Source: a virus. From it: a stretch of DNA of 64,000 bases. The position numbers and the translations under genes are program-made. Position 1 is the first letter of the stretch, and each line of letters opens with the position of its first letter. Under the pieces are notes generated by a model. It had not been told where the DNA came from. It searched no databases and worked only from the letters and a program-made list of their open reading frames with translations. The DNA is taken from the IMG/VR virus record IMGVR_UViG_3300025009_000052; one strand, 5' to 3'. Below are positions 45,932 through 55,102 of the stretch, one piece after another.

Positions 45932-47827
45932 ATGGCCGATTTTAAAATTTTATCACGTCTTATCAACGGGTTAAACCGTAATGTTGATTTATCAACAAAC
46001 ACTTTAATTTTAGGTAACGTAAAGATTGGTGGAGAAACCAATTATGCTACATTTGATGTTTCAGCTTTAGATGCAGCTAGAACTATTACAATGCCAAATG
46101 CCAACGTAGATTTGGGTGGAATTGCTACTAATGCTAGTGCTATTTCAACTCACTTAAATGGTGAAGCTTCAAAACACGATGCTACTGAAATTGATTTTGA
46201 ATATGCCGATGGTTCTAAAAAGAATATTCAAGCCGCTTCCGATACTGTTGAAGCTGCAATTCAAGATTTAGACACAGCGATTGGTGCTTTAGCCGCTACC
46301 CCAACTAATTACACCCCAGCTTCTCCTGCTATTGTTGCTTCTCACTTAGCTGCAATTGATAGTGCAATTGGAACGGCTTTAGGTTCTGATTTTAGCGATG
46401 CTGTTTTTAGAATTTCTGACAACACTACCGCTTCTAAGAAAATTGCATTTGAAGCTAGTGGAATTTCCGAATCTACCGTTAGAACAATTACAATGCCAGA
46501 TGCAAACGTAGATTTAGGACATATTGCTAATTTAACTACACTGTCTGGTGTAGCTGCTGCAAGTACACATTTAGGTACGTTTACCGGTGCTATTATTGAA
46601 GATAGTAGAACTATTAAACAAGCATTACAAGATTTAGAAACATCCTTGTCAAATACCCAAGGTGTTATAAATAACTTTGAATGGCAAGAATCTGCTTTAA
46701 GTTATGTGGCCGATAACACAGCGGCTCCAGCTACCGAAGTAACTGGTGATAGATATATTTTATCTCATGATGGCGGCGCTCCCCATGCTGATTATGATGG
46801 TGCTTCTGCTGGTGATATTGTCGAATTTAACGGAACATCTTGGATTGCCGTTACTCCAAGTGTCGGTACTTTTATTGCTGTTGATGACGAAGCGAATAAG
46901 CTTTACGTTTGGGGAGGATCTTCCTGGTCATCTAAATATTTTGAATCAACTACCGCTTCTGGTCTTTTAACTAAAGACGTTTTTGATGTAAAATTTGCTA
47001 CAAGTACTGCTGCTAATATTATAGTTTACAATGCTTCTGGAATTGCATCTGCTGTCGCAATGTCTAGTGAAGCAACTATTAGTGACGCTGGTGCGGTTAC
47101 TTTAAGTAACGCTGCTGTAATTGGCAAAGTATTGACTGGTTTTACTAGTGGAGTGGGAACAGTAACTGCTGATGATAGTTTATTAAGTGCTATTCAGAAA
47201 ATTGACGCTAATGCTAATGCTGCTGCTAGTGCTGCTAGTGACGCTCAAGCCGATGTTGATGATTTAGTAACTCTTTCTGGTGTTGCCGTTAATGCAGAAC
47301 ATTTAGGTACATTTACAGGATCAACAATTGCTGATTCTTCTACAATTAAATCAGCATTACAGAGCCTCGAAACCGCAGTAGAAGGAGCATCTGCATCTTC
47401 TAATAAGATAGAAAAAACATGCGTGGCAGGATTTCAAGTTCCAGCCAATTCCTCCAGACTTGTTAGGTATGCGTTGTCATCGGAAACAGCCGGTAGGGTA
47501 TATTTAGCATCCAAACCAGCCGGAGCCGCTGGATCTGAAACCAATACAATTTACGTTATTGGACTAGCTCAAAACCGAACGGCTTCAGCTATAGAAATAG
47601 GATCAAATGTTCCTGTTATTATTTTAGGGGAAGCAACTCTCCAATCCTCAGACAGTTCTTTTGAATCTAGTGAAGTTGGCTTACCTATATTTTTGGGTGA
47701 TTCAGGTGCATTTGATGTTGCCACTCAGTTAACATTTAGTTCTAACGATGCATCGGTTTGGTGCGCTCAAGTTAAAACAGTTGGAATTATTGAAATAAAA
47801 CAATCTCAAATCCTAGGAATTAACTAG
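45932..47827 (+). CDS. Tail fibre-like structural protein with internal repeats
   Basis: Duplicated RTITMPxANVDLG and TLSGVA...HLGTFTG..I.DS.TIK.ALQ.LET; DUF2793-like GDRYI...W...P..G segment; AGGAGG SD. Confidence 0.75.
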   Translation: MADFKILSRLINGLNRNVDLSTNTLILGNVKIGGETNYATFDVSALDAARTITMPNANVDLGGIATNASAISTHLNGEASKHDATEIDFEYADGSKKNIQAASDTVEAAIQDLDTAIGALAATPTNYTPASPAIVASHLAAIDSAIGTALGSDFSDAVFRISDNTTASKKIAFEASGISESTVRTITMPDANVDLGHIANLTTLSGVAAASTHLGTFTGAIIEDSRTIKQALQDLETSLSNTQGVINNFEWQESALSYVADNTAAPATEVTGDRYILSHDGGAPHADYDGASAGDIVEFNGTSWIAVTPSVGTFIAVDDEANKLYVWGGSSWSSKYFESTTASGLLTKDVFDVKFATSTAANIIVYNASGIASAVAMSSEATISDAGAVTLSNAAVIGKVLTGFTSGVGTVTADDSLLSAIQKIDANANAAASAASDAQADVDDLVTLSGVAVNAEHLGTFTGSTIADSSTIKSALQSLETAVEGASASSNKIEKTCVAGFQVPANSSRLVRYALSSETAGRVYLASKPAGAAGSETNTIYVIGLAQNRTASAIEIGSNVPVIILGEATLQSSDSSFESSEVGLPIFLGDSGAFDVATQLTFSSNDASVWCAQVKTVGIIEIKQSQILGIN

Positions 47828-47854
47828 TTTTTATTTAACTATTAATTTATTTTT

Positions 47855-47892
47855 AAAAAAGGAGCGATTTCTGCCGCTCCTTTTGTTTTTTT
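47855..47892 (+). terminator. Rho-independent terminator
   Basis: Stem AAAAGGAGCG/CGCTCCTTTT, 8-nt loop, T-tract. Confidence 0.85.
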
Positions 47893-47902
47893 ATGGTATA
47901 AT
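47891..47902 (+). promoter_or_regulatory. Extended -10 promoter TTATGGTATAAT
   Basis: Directly after the terminator, 20 nt before ATG 47922. Confidence 0.7.
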
Positions 47903-47921
47903 ATAGTAAGGTATTAAAAAT

Positions 47922-49544
47922 ATGTCTAAAAAATTGACTTTAGAAAAAGTAAGACAATATATTGAAAATTTTGGATATAGATTAATATCTACTGAATACA
48001 TTAATAACCATACCAATATATTGGTTCAATGTAATAAACAACATATTTATTCTGTTAGATTTAATAATTTTATTTCTGGTAAAAGATGTCCACACTGTTG
48101 TGGTGGAATTAAATTTACCCTTGAACAAGTGCGGGCTAAGTTAGAATCTTGCAGCTATACCCTACTATCTGTAGGGTATACTAATTCACACACAGATTTA
48201 GAAATAAAGTGTCCAAATAACCACATAATAAATATGAGTTACAATGCTTTCAGTAGAGGATGTAGGTGTATAATATGTGAAGATCGCCAAAAAATTGATT
48301 ATGAATACGTTAAGAACTATATTGAATTAACTGGATATCTATTAAAATCTCATTCGTACACCAATGCTCACAATAAATTACATACATTATGCCCCAAAGG
48401 ACACGATTATTTTGTTGATTTTAATCATTTTAAGTTAGGAACTAGATGTCCAATATGCAGGAGATGTAAAAAACACACAATAGAATACGCCAGAGAAGTG
48501 TTGTTAAAATATAATTATTTATTATTAAGTACTCAATATACCAATAACCGCACACTACTGTCCGTTGTGTGCCCCTCTGGCCATAATATTAAAATAAGCA
48601 TTGGAAGTTTTTTGGCTGGCCACAGATGCGGAACTTGCTTTGGTAAACAAAAACATCCCATAGAGTATGTTAAGAAATATATTGTAGAAAGAAATTACGA
48701 ATTGCTTTCTACAGAATACATAAATGGAATAAAAAAGTTAAAAATTAAATGTAATTATGGCCACGAATATTGGGCAAGTTTTTCAGCTTTTAAACATGGC
48801 AATACTCGTTGCCCATATTGTGCCAATAATGTACCTAGAACAATAGATCAAGTAAAAGAATTGTATAGAGCAGAAGGTTATGAGTTATTATCTAACGAAT
48901 ATAGGAATCACAATACTAAATTAAATATTAAATGCCCAAGTGGTCATCAATATACAAGTTCCTTGGGTAGTTGGATTGGTAGTAATAAAGGAAGGTGTCC
49001 GGTATGTGCCAATGTTGTAAAATATTCTTGGAACTTCGTAAGTGATTATATAAAAAATTATAATAACCAACTGGTTTCTGAATACAATGGATCTAACAAA
49101 AAGATATCTATTTTATGTGAAAAAAAGCACCTTTATCGAACTACTTTTAATAAGTTTAAGCACGGAGGTCGCTGTCCACATTGTAGAAATTTTATTCAAG
49201 AAGAAATTTGTAGATCTGTATTTGAAAAGATAACTAACAAACCATTCCCTACTAAAAAACCTTATTGGCTTATTAATCCAGAGACGGGTAAAAAATTGGA
49301 GTTAGATGGGTATTGCGAAGAGTTGAAATTAGCTTTTGAATATGACGGAGAGTTTCACTTTAAGAAGCATTTTAGGATTAAGAACAAGAACGATTCCCTT
49401 GAAAAACAACAAAACCGTGACCAACTTAAAAATAAACTTTGTTTAGAAAAAGGAGTTCATCTTATCAGAATTCCATACACTATCAAAAATAAAGAACAAT
49501 TTATCAAAGAACAACTATATAAATTCTGCTTAGGTATAAGTTAA
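47922..49544 (+). CDS. Homing-endonuclease-like protein: seven Zn repeats + PD-(D/E)xK (Vsr/DUF559-like) nuclease
   Basis: Seven ~60-aa Y.LLS.EY...C..GH...F..G.RC..C units, then LELDGYCEELKLAFEYDGEFH...RD..K...LIRIPY. Confidence 0.85.
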   Translation: MSKKLTLEKVRQYIENFGYRLISTEYINNHTNILVQCNKQHIYSVRFNNFISGKRCPHCCGGIKFTLEQVRAKLESCSYTLLSVGYTNSHTDLEIKCPNNHIINMSYNAFSRGCRCIICEDRQKIDYEYVKNYIELTGYLLKSHSYTNAHNKLHTLCPKGHDYFVDFNHFKLGTRCPICRRCKKHTIEYAREVLLKYNYLLLSTQYTNNRTLLSVVCPSGHNIKISIGSFLAGHRCGTCFGKQKHPIEYVKKYIVERNYELLSTEYINGIKKLKIKCNYGHEYWASFSAFKHGNTRCPYCANNVPRTIDQVKELYRAEGYELLSNEYRNHNTKLNIKCPSGHQYTSSLGSWIGSNKGRCPVCANVVKYSWNFVSDYIKNYNNQLVSEYNGSNKKISILCEKKHLYRTTFNKFKHGGRCPHCRNFIQEEICRSVFEKITNKPFPTKKPYWLINPETGKKLELDGYCEELKLAFEYDGEFHFKKHFRIKNKNDSLEKQQNRDQLKNKLCLEKGVHLIRIPYTIKNKEQFIKEQLYKFCLGIS

Positions 49545-49876
49545 GCGCCTCTATCTACCCTAAAACGGAGTTTATCCCCCACATTTAAAGAAAAGGTCAT
49601 TGTTATTTTAGTTCTAGTTCCGGTTCCGACCCAGTTGTAGTCGAAAACATCTTGAACTCTATCTCCGTTAAAGTATACTTCTAGATTATCACCGTCGTAA
49701 GTACCTGAATTTGGTAATGTAATTTCATCCCCCGACTCACAATCGGCTAAATTAATTTCATTTGCCCCAGAAGCGCCACTTTCAACTACGATTAAATAAT
49801 CATCATAAATAGTAGGTGTTCCACTTTCATCCACCATTCTTGGCAATCCAGAAACTAAACGTAGAAATTTTCCCAC
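49541..49876 (-). CDS. Small virion structural protein on the opposite strand
   Basis: GGAG SD then GTG 49876 (MGKFLRLVSGLPR); ITLP...LEVYFNG...DY...GD.L.FR domain resembles a segment of 42036; N-terminus resembles 45932. Confidence 0.7.
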   Translation of the reverse strand: MGKFLRLVSGLPRMVDESGTPTIYDDYLIVVESGASGANEINLADCESGDEITLPNSGTYDGDNLEVYFNGDRVQDVFDYNWVGTGTRTKITMTFSLNVGDKLRFRVDRGA

Positions 49877-49896
49877 AAACACTCCATTAATACAAC

Positions 49897-49979
49897 TTAT
49901 AAGATTAAAGATTACTATACACCAGTCAATAATCTAGAATGGCGATTATCCTAATAGTCCAGAATAATGATAATCTTCA
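49897..49979. promoter_or_regulatory. Divergent putative late promoter motifs
   Basis: AATCTTTAATCTTATAA on - strand (49897-49913); AATCTTCA on + strand (49972-49979). Confidence 0.5.
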
Positions 49980-49982
49980 ATC

Positions 49983-50042
49983 ATAATATAGGTATATTTA
50001 TAATATAGGTATATTTATAATATAGGTATATTTATAATATAG
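49983..50042 (+). repeat. 17-bp tandem repeat ATAATATAGGTATATTT x3.5
   Basis: Exact copies at 49983, 50000 and 50017; partial copy at 50034. Confidence 0.95.
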
Positions 50043-50106
50043 AAATTAAATCAAATGTATTTAAGACAAAATACATAACTAATACAGAATTTTAAAAGGA
50101 AATACA

Positions 50107-53016
50107 ATGGCATCAGCGACAAAAACAGATCTTAGACAGTTAGTCCATAGAGCACAATTAGACCAACTAACAACTAGCGCTCTATATACAACTGCAATTA
50201 CCGGTGGAAAACCAGCTAATAGTACAGAAGCTGATAATCTATTAACTTCGGTTAATTCTGAGCTAACTAATCCTTTAAGATTATACCCAACCGACCCTAC
50301 CGCAGATAGGGTAGTCCATGTCGGTGCCATAACAGTTGTGAATCCAGAAACAGCTAAAAACAGAATAACCACAATGATTAATAAAGCTATGCCAGCTTTT
50401 ACTGGGGCCACAATTACATTGCCTAGTACTGCAAATGGAGCAAGTAATATAGTTGTTTCAGTAGGTGACGATATTGTAAATTATGATCAAACCGCATCAA
50501 CATTTGTAAAATGTGGTGTTTGGTTAAACGATGTTGGTGAAGTAGTATTAAGCTTTGGATCTGAAGGAGCCAGTGCGGCTTTAGCTGGAACCCCTGATTT
50601 TGAGAAGAAAACTCAATTTTTAGGTTATTTTATTATAGAAACAGACGCAAGTCAAAATATCCAAAATATTGAATTTGCAGATATTTTCCAAGTTGAAGGC
50701 GGTGGATCTGGCGGCGGCGGTTTAGATAAATGGGAACCATCCGTTAAATATACAGTTGACGATGTGGTTTGGTATTCAGTAGATCGCAATATTTATGTTT
50801 GTATTACAGAACATACCTCCACAGGTACTTTTGATGAAACTAAGTTTGAATTACTATCTAATGATGGCTATTCAATTACTTTAGGTGAAACAATTGCTGT
50901 AGGTGAGGCCATTTATATTTCTAAAGGTACTGCAAATGGAGATACTGGTAGAACACAAAGCTATGCTTATAAATTAGATATTACCAATGCTAATAGATAT
51001 GATTATGCTGGAATTTGTGTTTATGGTGGTAATGCAAGTGATGTTGGAATTGTTTCTGTAAGTGGAAATATTAAAGGATTTACTGGTTTAACCGGTGGAC
51101 AATTGGTCTATGCTAGTTCAACTGCTGGCGGATGGTCACACACTAAACCAAGTGTTTTGGGTTATAAAATAGTTATTTTAGGAATGGCCGTTGATGCAAC
51201 TCATTTATTAATAAATGGCGGATTAAGTTCATCTAGCGAAACATATACTCTTAGTACAGAAGACGCCGACACCATCCACCTAATTAAAAGTGATAATTTA
51301 AGTTTAATTTCCGAAGTAGATCTCCAAGGTCAACACGCAGATTTCGATGGCGGTGGAACACTCACAGCAGGTGCTTTAACTTTAAGCACTGATGCAGCAG
51401 ATTTACTAAAATCCTCCACCAAAGTCATTGAATACGCCCCTGGTGCTAACGGTCAGAATGATTACTTTGGATTCACTAAAACTATACCACAAGGCTCAAG
51501 AGGACGTTATCTAGGTATTCAGTTTGAAAATAGAATGAGTGCTACTACAATTGATAATGCTTTTAGATTATGTGTTAAACAAAAAGATGGTACAAACGCA
51601 GGACACATTCAATATTTTAATATGCCAGCAGTTTATAATGCCAACGGAGCTGGCAAGACTTTTAAAGAAGCAGCTTATATTTGGGATGATTGCACTGAGA
51701 TCGAATTTGGATGGCAGAATACGGTTACTACCACTACAGTAGAATTATATGTGGATAATATATTGGTAACTAATAGTGCTTTTAAAGATACGAAGTTGAT
51801 TGAAGAGCAAAGTGCTTTTTATTACGGTTATGCTGGTGTTGGATCTACAAATAATAAAATACCTTATTTTAGCAGCGTTGGAAGTAGTGTTGGAAGTGCC
51901 ATATGTACTATAAGTAATAGTTCTACTTTAGGGTTTAGTATAACAGCGTTAAGAGATTGTACAGTATCTATGTCAGCAGACTTTGATGGTGTATATGCGG
52001 GTATAAGTAAAAACTCAACTGAATTAACAACGTCTGTAGTAGGAATTTCTGCGGCAACTAGACTTTCATATGACTACACAAGTGCTTCTTATAGAAGTAC
52101 ACCCTCAGTTAGTGGTGTTAGGTTAGTAGCTGGAGATGTATTAAGACCTCACTTATCTGGAACATCATCAGCTTTAGCACATTTAACTTTTCATGCTCAA
52201 GCCGAAGTAGACGGAGTAGTTCATAGCAATCAACTGCCAGAGAATGATTTTAGTGGAAATATAGCAAACAACGGAACTGCTACAATTACTAGTCAGAATA
52301 GTGATGCTATTGCAAGTGTTAGTAGAACTTCTACGGGAGTAGTGGCTATAACTTTTAAAACAGGAAAGTTCACCGTTGCCCCATCAGTTGTATTAACAAG
52401 CTCAACCACAGATGATAGAATGATGATGTATACCTCATTATCAACTACGGGTGTAACTGTTTATACTAGAAATGGGGGAGCTTCACTTTTTGACTTGCCT
52501 TTTAGTATTCATCTACAACGCCAATTCCCTGACTACAAACCTTTGACCGGAAATATAATAACCCCTTCCATTTTGACGGCAACATTATTTAGTACAGATT
52601 ATGTTACAGCATCTAGTACATTGGGAGCTAGTGTAACTATTCCTATTGACACGTTAGAAGGTAGCCCAATTGCTGTTATTTCTAATGATCAGTTTTCTAT
52701 TCCCAGTGGTGCCTACAGAATAGATTGGTTTACTTCATTTTCCGACGGAAGTTCTTCTAATGGAGAGGGGTCTGGACATTCATATTTATACAACATAACT
52801 GATGCGGTCATTACTAAGAAAGGTTCGGGGATTAAAACAAACGGATCGGGAACTACCGGAGACGTTACAGTCGGGACAGCATATGTAACTATTAGTGCTA
52901 CAAAAACATTTGAATTGAGGGGATATACAGGCACTTCTGGTATGGCAGATTACTTATTTGGCTACAACTATGGGGCTGGATTAGGAACAAACATTACTAT
53001 TACTAAATTAAAATAA
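50107..53016 (+). CDS. Tail fibre / receptor-binding protein with CBM5/12-like module
   Basis: GGGSGGGG linker then WEPSVKYTVDDVVWY...YVCITEHTS; several C-terminal beta-sandwich segments. Confidence 0.75.
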   Translation: MASATKTDLRQLVHRAQLDQLTTSALYTTAITGGKPANSTEADNLLTSVNSELTNPLRLYPTDPTADRVVHVGAITVVNPETAKNRITTMINKAMPAFTGATITLPSTANGASNIVVSVGDDIVNYDQTASTFVKCGVWLNDVGEVVLSFGSEGASAALAGTPDFEKKTQFLGYFIIETDASQNIQNIEFADIFQVEGGGSGGGGLDKWEPSVKYTVDDVVWYSVDRNIYVCITEHTSTGTFDETKFELLSNDGYSITLGETIAVGEAIYISKGTANGDTGRTQSYAYKLDITNANRYDYAGICVYGGNASDVGIVSVSGNIKGFTGLTGGQLVYASSTAGGWSHTKPSVLGYKIVILGMAVDATHLLINGGLSSSSETYTLSTEDADTIHLIKSDNLSLISEVDLQGQHADFDGGGTLTAGALTLSTDAADLLKSSTKVIEYAPGANGQNDYFGFTKTIPQGSRGRYLGIQFENRMSATTIDNAFRLCVKQKDGTNAGHIQYFNMPAVYNANGAGKTFKEAAYIWDDCTEIEFGWQNTVTTTTVELYVDNILVTNSAFKDTKLIEEQSAFYYGYAGVGSTNNKIPYFSSVGSSVGSAICTISNSSTLGFSITALRDCTVSMSADFDGVYAGISKNSTELTTSVVGISAATRLSYDYTSASYRSTPSVSGVRLVAGDVLRPHLSGTSSALAHLTFHAQAEVDGVVHSNQLPENDFSGNIANNGTATITSQNSDAIASVSRTSTGVVAITFKTGKFTVAPSVVLTSSTTDDRMMMYTSLSTTGVTVYTRNGGASLFDLPFSIHLQRQFPDYKPLTGNIITPSILTATLFSTDYVTASSTLGASVTIPIDTLEGSPIAVISNDQFSIPSGAYRIDWFTSFSDGSSSNGEGSGHSYLYNITDAVITKKGSGIKTNGSGTTGDVTVGTAYVTISATKTFELRGYTGTSGMADYLFGYNYGAGLGTNITITKLK

Positions 53017-53025
53017 GGAATCTAT

Positions 53026-53589
53026 ATGACTTTTGAACAAATCAATCTCTTAACTATAGAACCACTAATACCTCTTTTAATAGACAGGTATTGTACTAGA
53101 AACGATCTAGACCCAGAACTAGGCTTAACACAAGAGGAATTAGAAGCTGAATTCCTATTTTATAAGCAAGAACTTATCCTAGAGGAGCAATCCAGACTGG
53201 ATGAAATTCAGAGAAAGGAATTGTTAATTAATCGATGGAAAGACATTAAAGCTAGAGATGGTGGGATGTCTTGTTTTAGAATTTTAAAACCAGACGTTAT
53301 TAATATGAAAAAATATGTAAATAGTCTAATAGAGGATAAATCCCGTGCTGATGAGGCAGAACTTTTCATGCAGCAGTTAGAGGCTAAGGATTTGGAAATA
53401 GTACAGAATCAAAACAATACAGCCTATATAGACTTAAGAAGAAAGGCTTATCCAGAAATCGAATCCTATTTGGATGCAATGGTTAAGATTAATTCAGGGG
53501 ATGAAATATTAATTGCAGAGGGCCAGCAACAATTAGCGGATTATTATACGGCTTGCTTAGCGGTTAAGAGTTTGTATCCGAAGCCTTAG
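53026..53589 (+). CDS. Putative tail fibre assembly chaperone
   Basis: Follows the fibre gene; Y...RRKAYP.I...LDA...AVK..YPKP C-terminus. Confidence 0.7.
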   Translation: MTFEQINLLTIEPLIPLLIDRYCTRNDLDPELGLTQEELEAEFLFYKQELILEEQSRLDEIQRKELLINRWKDIKARDGGMSCFRILKPDVINMKKYVNSLIEDKSRADEAELFMQQLEAKDLEIVQNQNNTAYIDLRRKAYPEIESYLDAMVKINSGDEILIAEGQQQLADYYTACLAVKSLYPKP

Positions 53590-53791
53590 ATTCTAAATAG
53601 ATTTTAAATTCATCATATAGATGTTTAAAGCTTAATCTAGAACTATATCGGCTATAATTATATCCACTTATTAGTTCTGGGTGATTATTAATAATTTTAA
53701 TAGCCCAATTAAACCAAATGTCCAATTGACCTTGGTTTTTACAGCTATACAACACCCTTCTTAAGTATCTTTTAATTTCTTTTTCACTCAT
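53564..53791 (-). CDS. Hypothetical protein
   Basis: GAGGAG SD. Confidence 0.6.
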   Translation of the reverse strand: MSEKEIKRYLRRVLYSCKNQGQLDIWFNWAIKIINNHPELISGYNYSRYSSRLSFKHLYDEFKIYLESKASDTNS

Positions 53792-53792
53792 A

Positions 53793-54362
53793 TTAACTCC
53801 TCACTAGTCCCTTAAACTTTCTAAGCACATCTACCGTTAAGTGTGTATCTACTCTGGCATTATGTAGTGACTCTTCACTTATCTCAATTCCCATATGTTT
53901 AGCCAAAGCGTTTAATCCCCCTAAATTATCATCTGGAATTAAACCACTTAGTTTTAAAAATTGTCCTATCGTACCTGTATCTAAAGTTCTATACGATACA
54001 TAATGATTAAAAGACTTTAGTAATTGATATGTAATAAAATCTATATCAAATTTTACATTGTGCCCAATCGGAATCAACAAACTACACCCTTGATTGCTAT
54101 GTTTAGATAAGAATTCTCTCAATAAATAACCGCCCTTACTATAACCAATAGCTACCTTATCATGTTCTAATAAATTAATCTTATTTACACCAAGTGCTTC
54201 CCCACTGCATATATAATTGCCATCATTTGGTTTAACACTTAATTCCAAAGAATCTGTCAATATTAAATCTTTAGTATAAACACCAAAATAAACAGTTAAT
54301 AGGGAATGTACTTTAGGATCTGTTCCACCCGTTTCACAATCAAATGCTAAAAATTTATTCAC
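53793..54362 (-). CDS. DEDDh 3'-5' exonuclease (DnaQ-like)
   Basis: FDCETGG, GHNVKFD, LDT, HNARVD; GTG start after GGAGGG. Confidence 0.9.
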   Translation of the reverse strand: MNKFLAFDCETGGTDPKVHSLLTVYFGVYTKDLILTDSLELSVKPNDGNYICSGEALGVNKINLLEHDKVAIGYSKGGYLLREFLSKHSNQGCSLLIPIGHNVKFDIDFITYQLLKSFNHYVSYRTLDTGTIGQFLKLSGLIPDDNLGGLNALAKHMGIEISEESLHNARVDTHLTVDVLRKFKGLVRS

Positions 54363-54428
54363 GAATCCCTCCATACTATTATTAAACATATACTAAAAAC
54401 TACCAACAATAGGGTTATTACAGTAGCA

Positions 54429-54593
54429 TCACTCATAATAACCGCCCATAGTAGAATTATTCCACAAATTATGTTGTAATAGTTCAACATCATTAATACA
54501 GTTGTGATATTCAATTCCAACATACTTATTACAAGATATTGTAGTTGATGTAGCACAAGAACATATTAACAATAAAATCAAATACTTAATCAT
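54429..54593 (-). CDS. Small lipoprotein (54 aa, not in ORF track)
   Basis: GAGG SD; MIKYLILLLICSCAT... Confidence 0.55.
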   Translation of the reverse strand: MIKYLILLLICSCATSTTISCNKYVGIEYHNCINDVELLQHNLWNNSTMGGYYE

Positions 54594-54606
54594 TTTTATC
54601 CTCTTT

Positions 54607-55101
54607 TTATTTTATATCGCCTAAATCTGCTTTACAATCTGGACAATATAAATATTTGCTAGTTATTAAGTGAACTTCTTTTTTATTAGGGTGAGGGCAA
54701 TGTTGTGAGCATTTAGTATTTTGTGATAATGCGTTACTTATATTTATAATACCCACCATATCTTCCTCATCGACAATCATAATCCATCGATCGACTACAC
54801 TAGTATTTATTATTTCAGTAGGCTCAATCTTATACTCAAAACAATCGCCATTGTGCATTATATCTATAATATCACAAAAACCATGTTTTGTTTTAAATTT
54901 GTCACCGACACAACAAGCTGAAACTTCTATACTAACCCCACTAATCCATAGACTTTGACCATTTTCTAGATCTAAAATATAATAACCATTTAAGTTAGGG
55001 CCTTCAATGTTAGTAATTTTATCAAAAAACGTTATAGCCCTACAATGTCTTCCAATCAATTTTTCAAGTTCTTCTCTGGTTTCGGCTCCTGTTAGTTTCA
55101 T
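54607..55101 (-). CDS. Hypothetical protein with C-terminal Zn finger; paralog of 2823-3302
   Basis: Shared N- and C-terminal blocks. Confidence 0.8.
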   Translation of the reverse strand: MKLTGAETREELEKLIGRHCRAITFFDKITNIEGPNLNGYYILDLENGQSLWISGVSIEVSACCVGDKFKTKHGFCDIIDIMHNGDCFEYKIEPTEIINTSVVDRWIMIVDEEDMVGIINISNALSQNTKCSQHCPHPNKKEVHLITSKYLYCPDCKADLGDIK

Positions 55102-55102
55102 A

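Noticed and set aside
49535-49901. 8-bp inverted repeat TATAAGTT/AACTTATA flanking the inverted structural gene as invertase sites
   Set aside because: Short and AT-rich, so plausible by chance; no recombinase seen; the gene's promoter motif extends outside the repeat in the matching orientation
49983-50042. Possible mini CRISPR array
   Set aside because: Repeats are head-to-tail with no spacers, and no cas genes are present
50107-53016. Diversity-generating retroelement acting on the fibre gene
   Set aside because: No reverse transcriptase and no adenine-specific TR/VR repeat pair seen in the window; paralog pairs differ at all four bases
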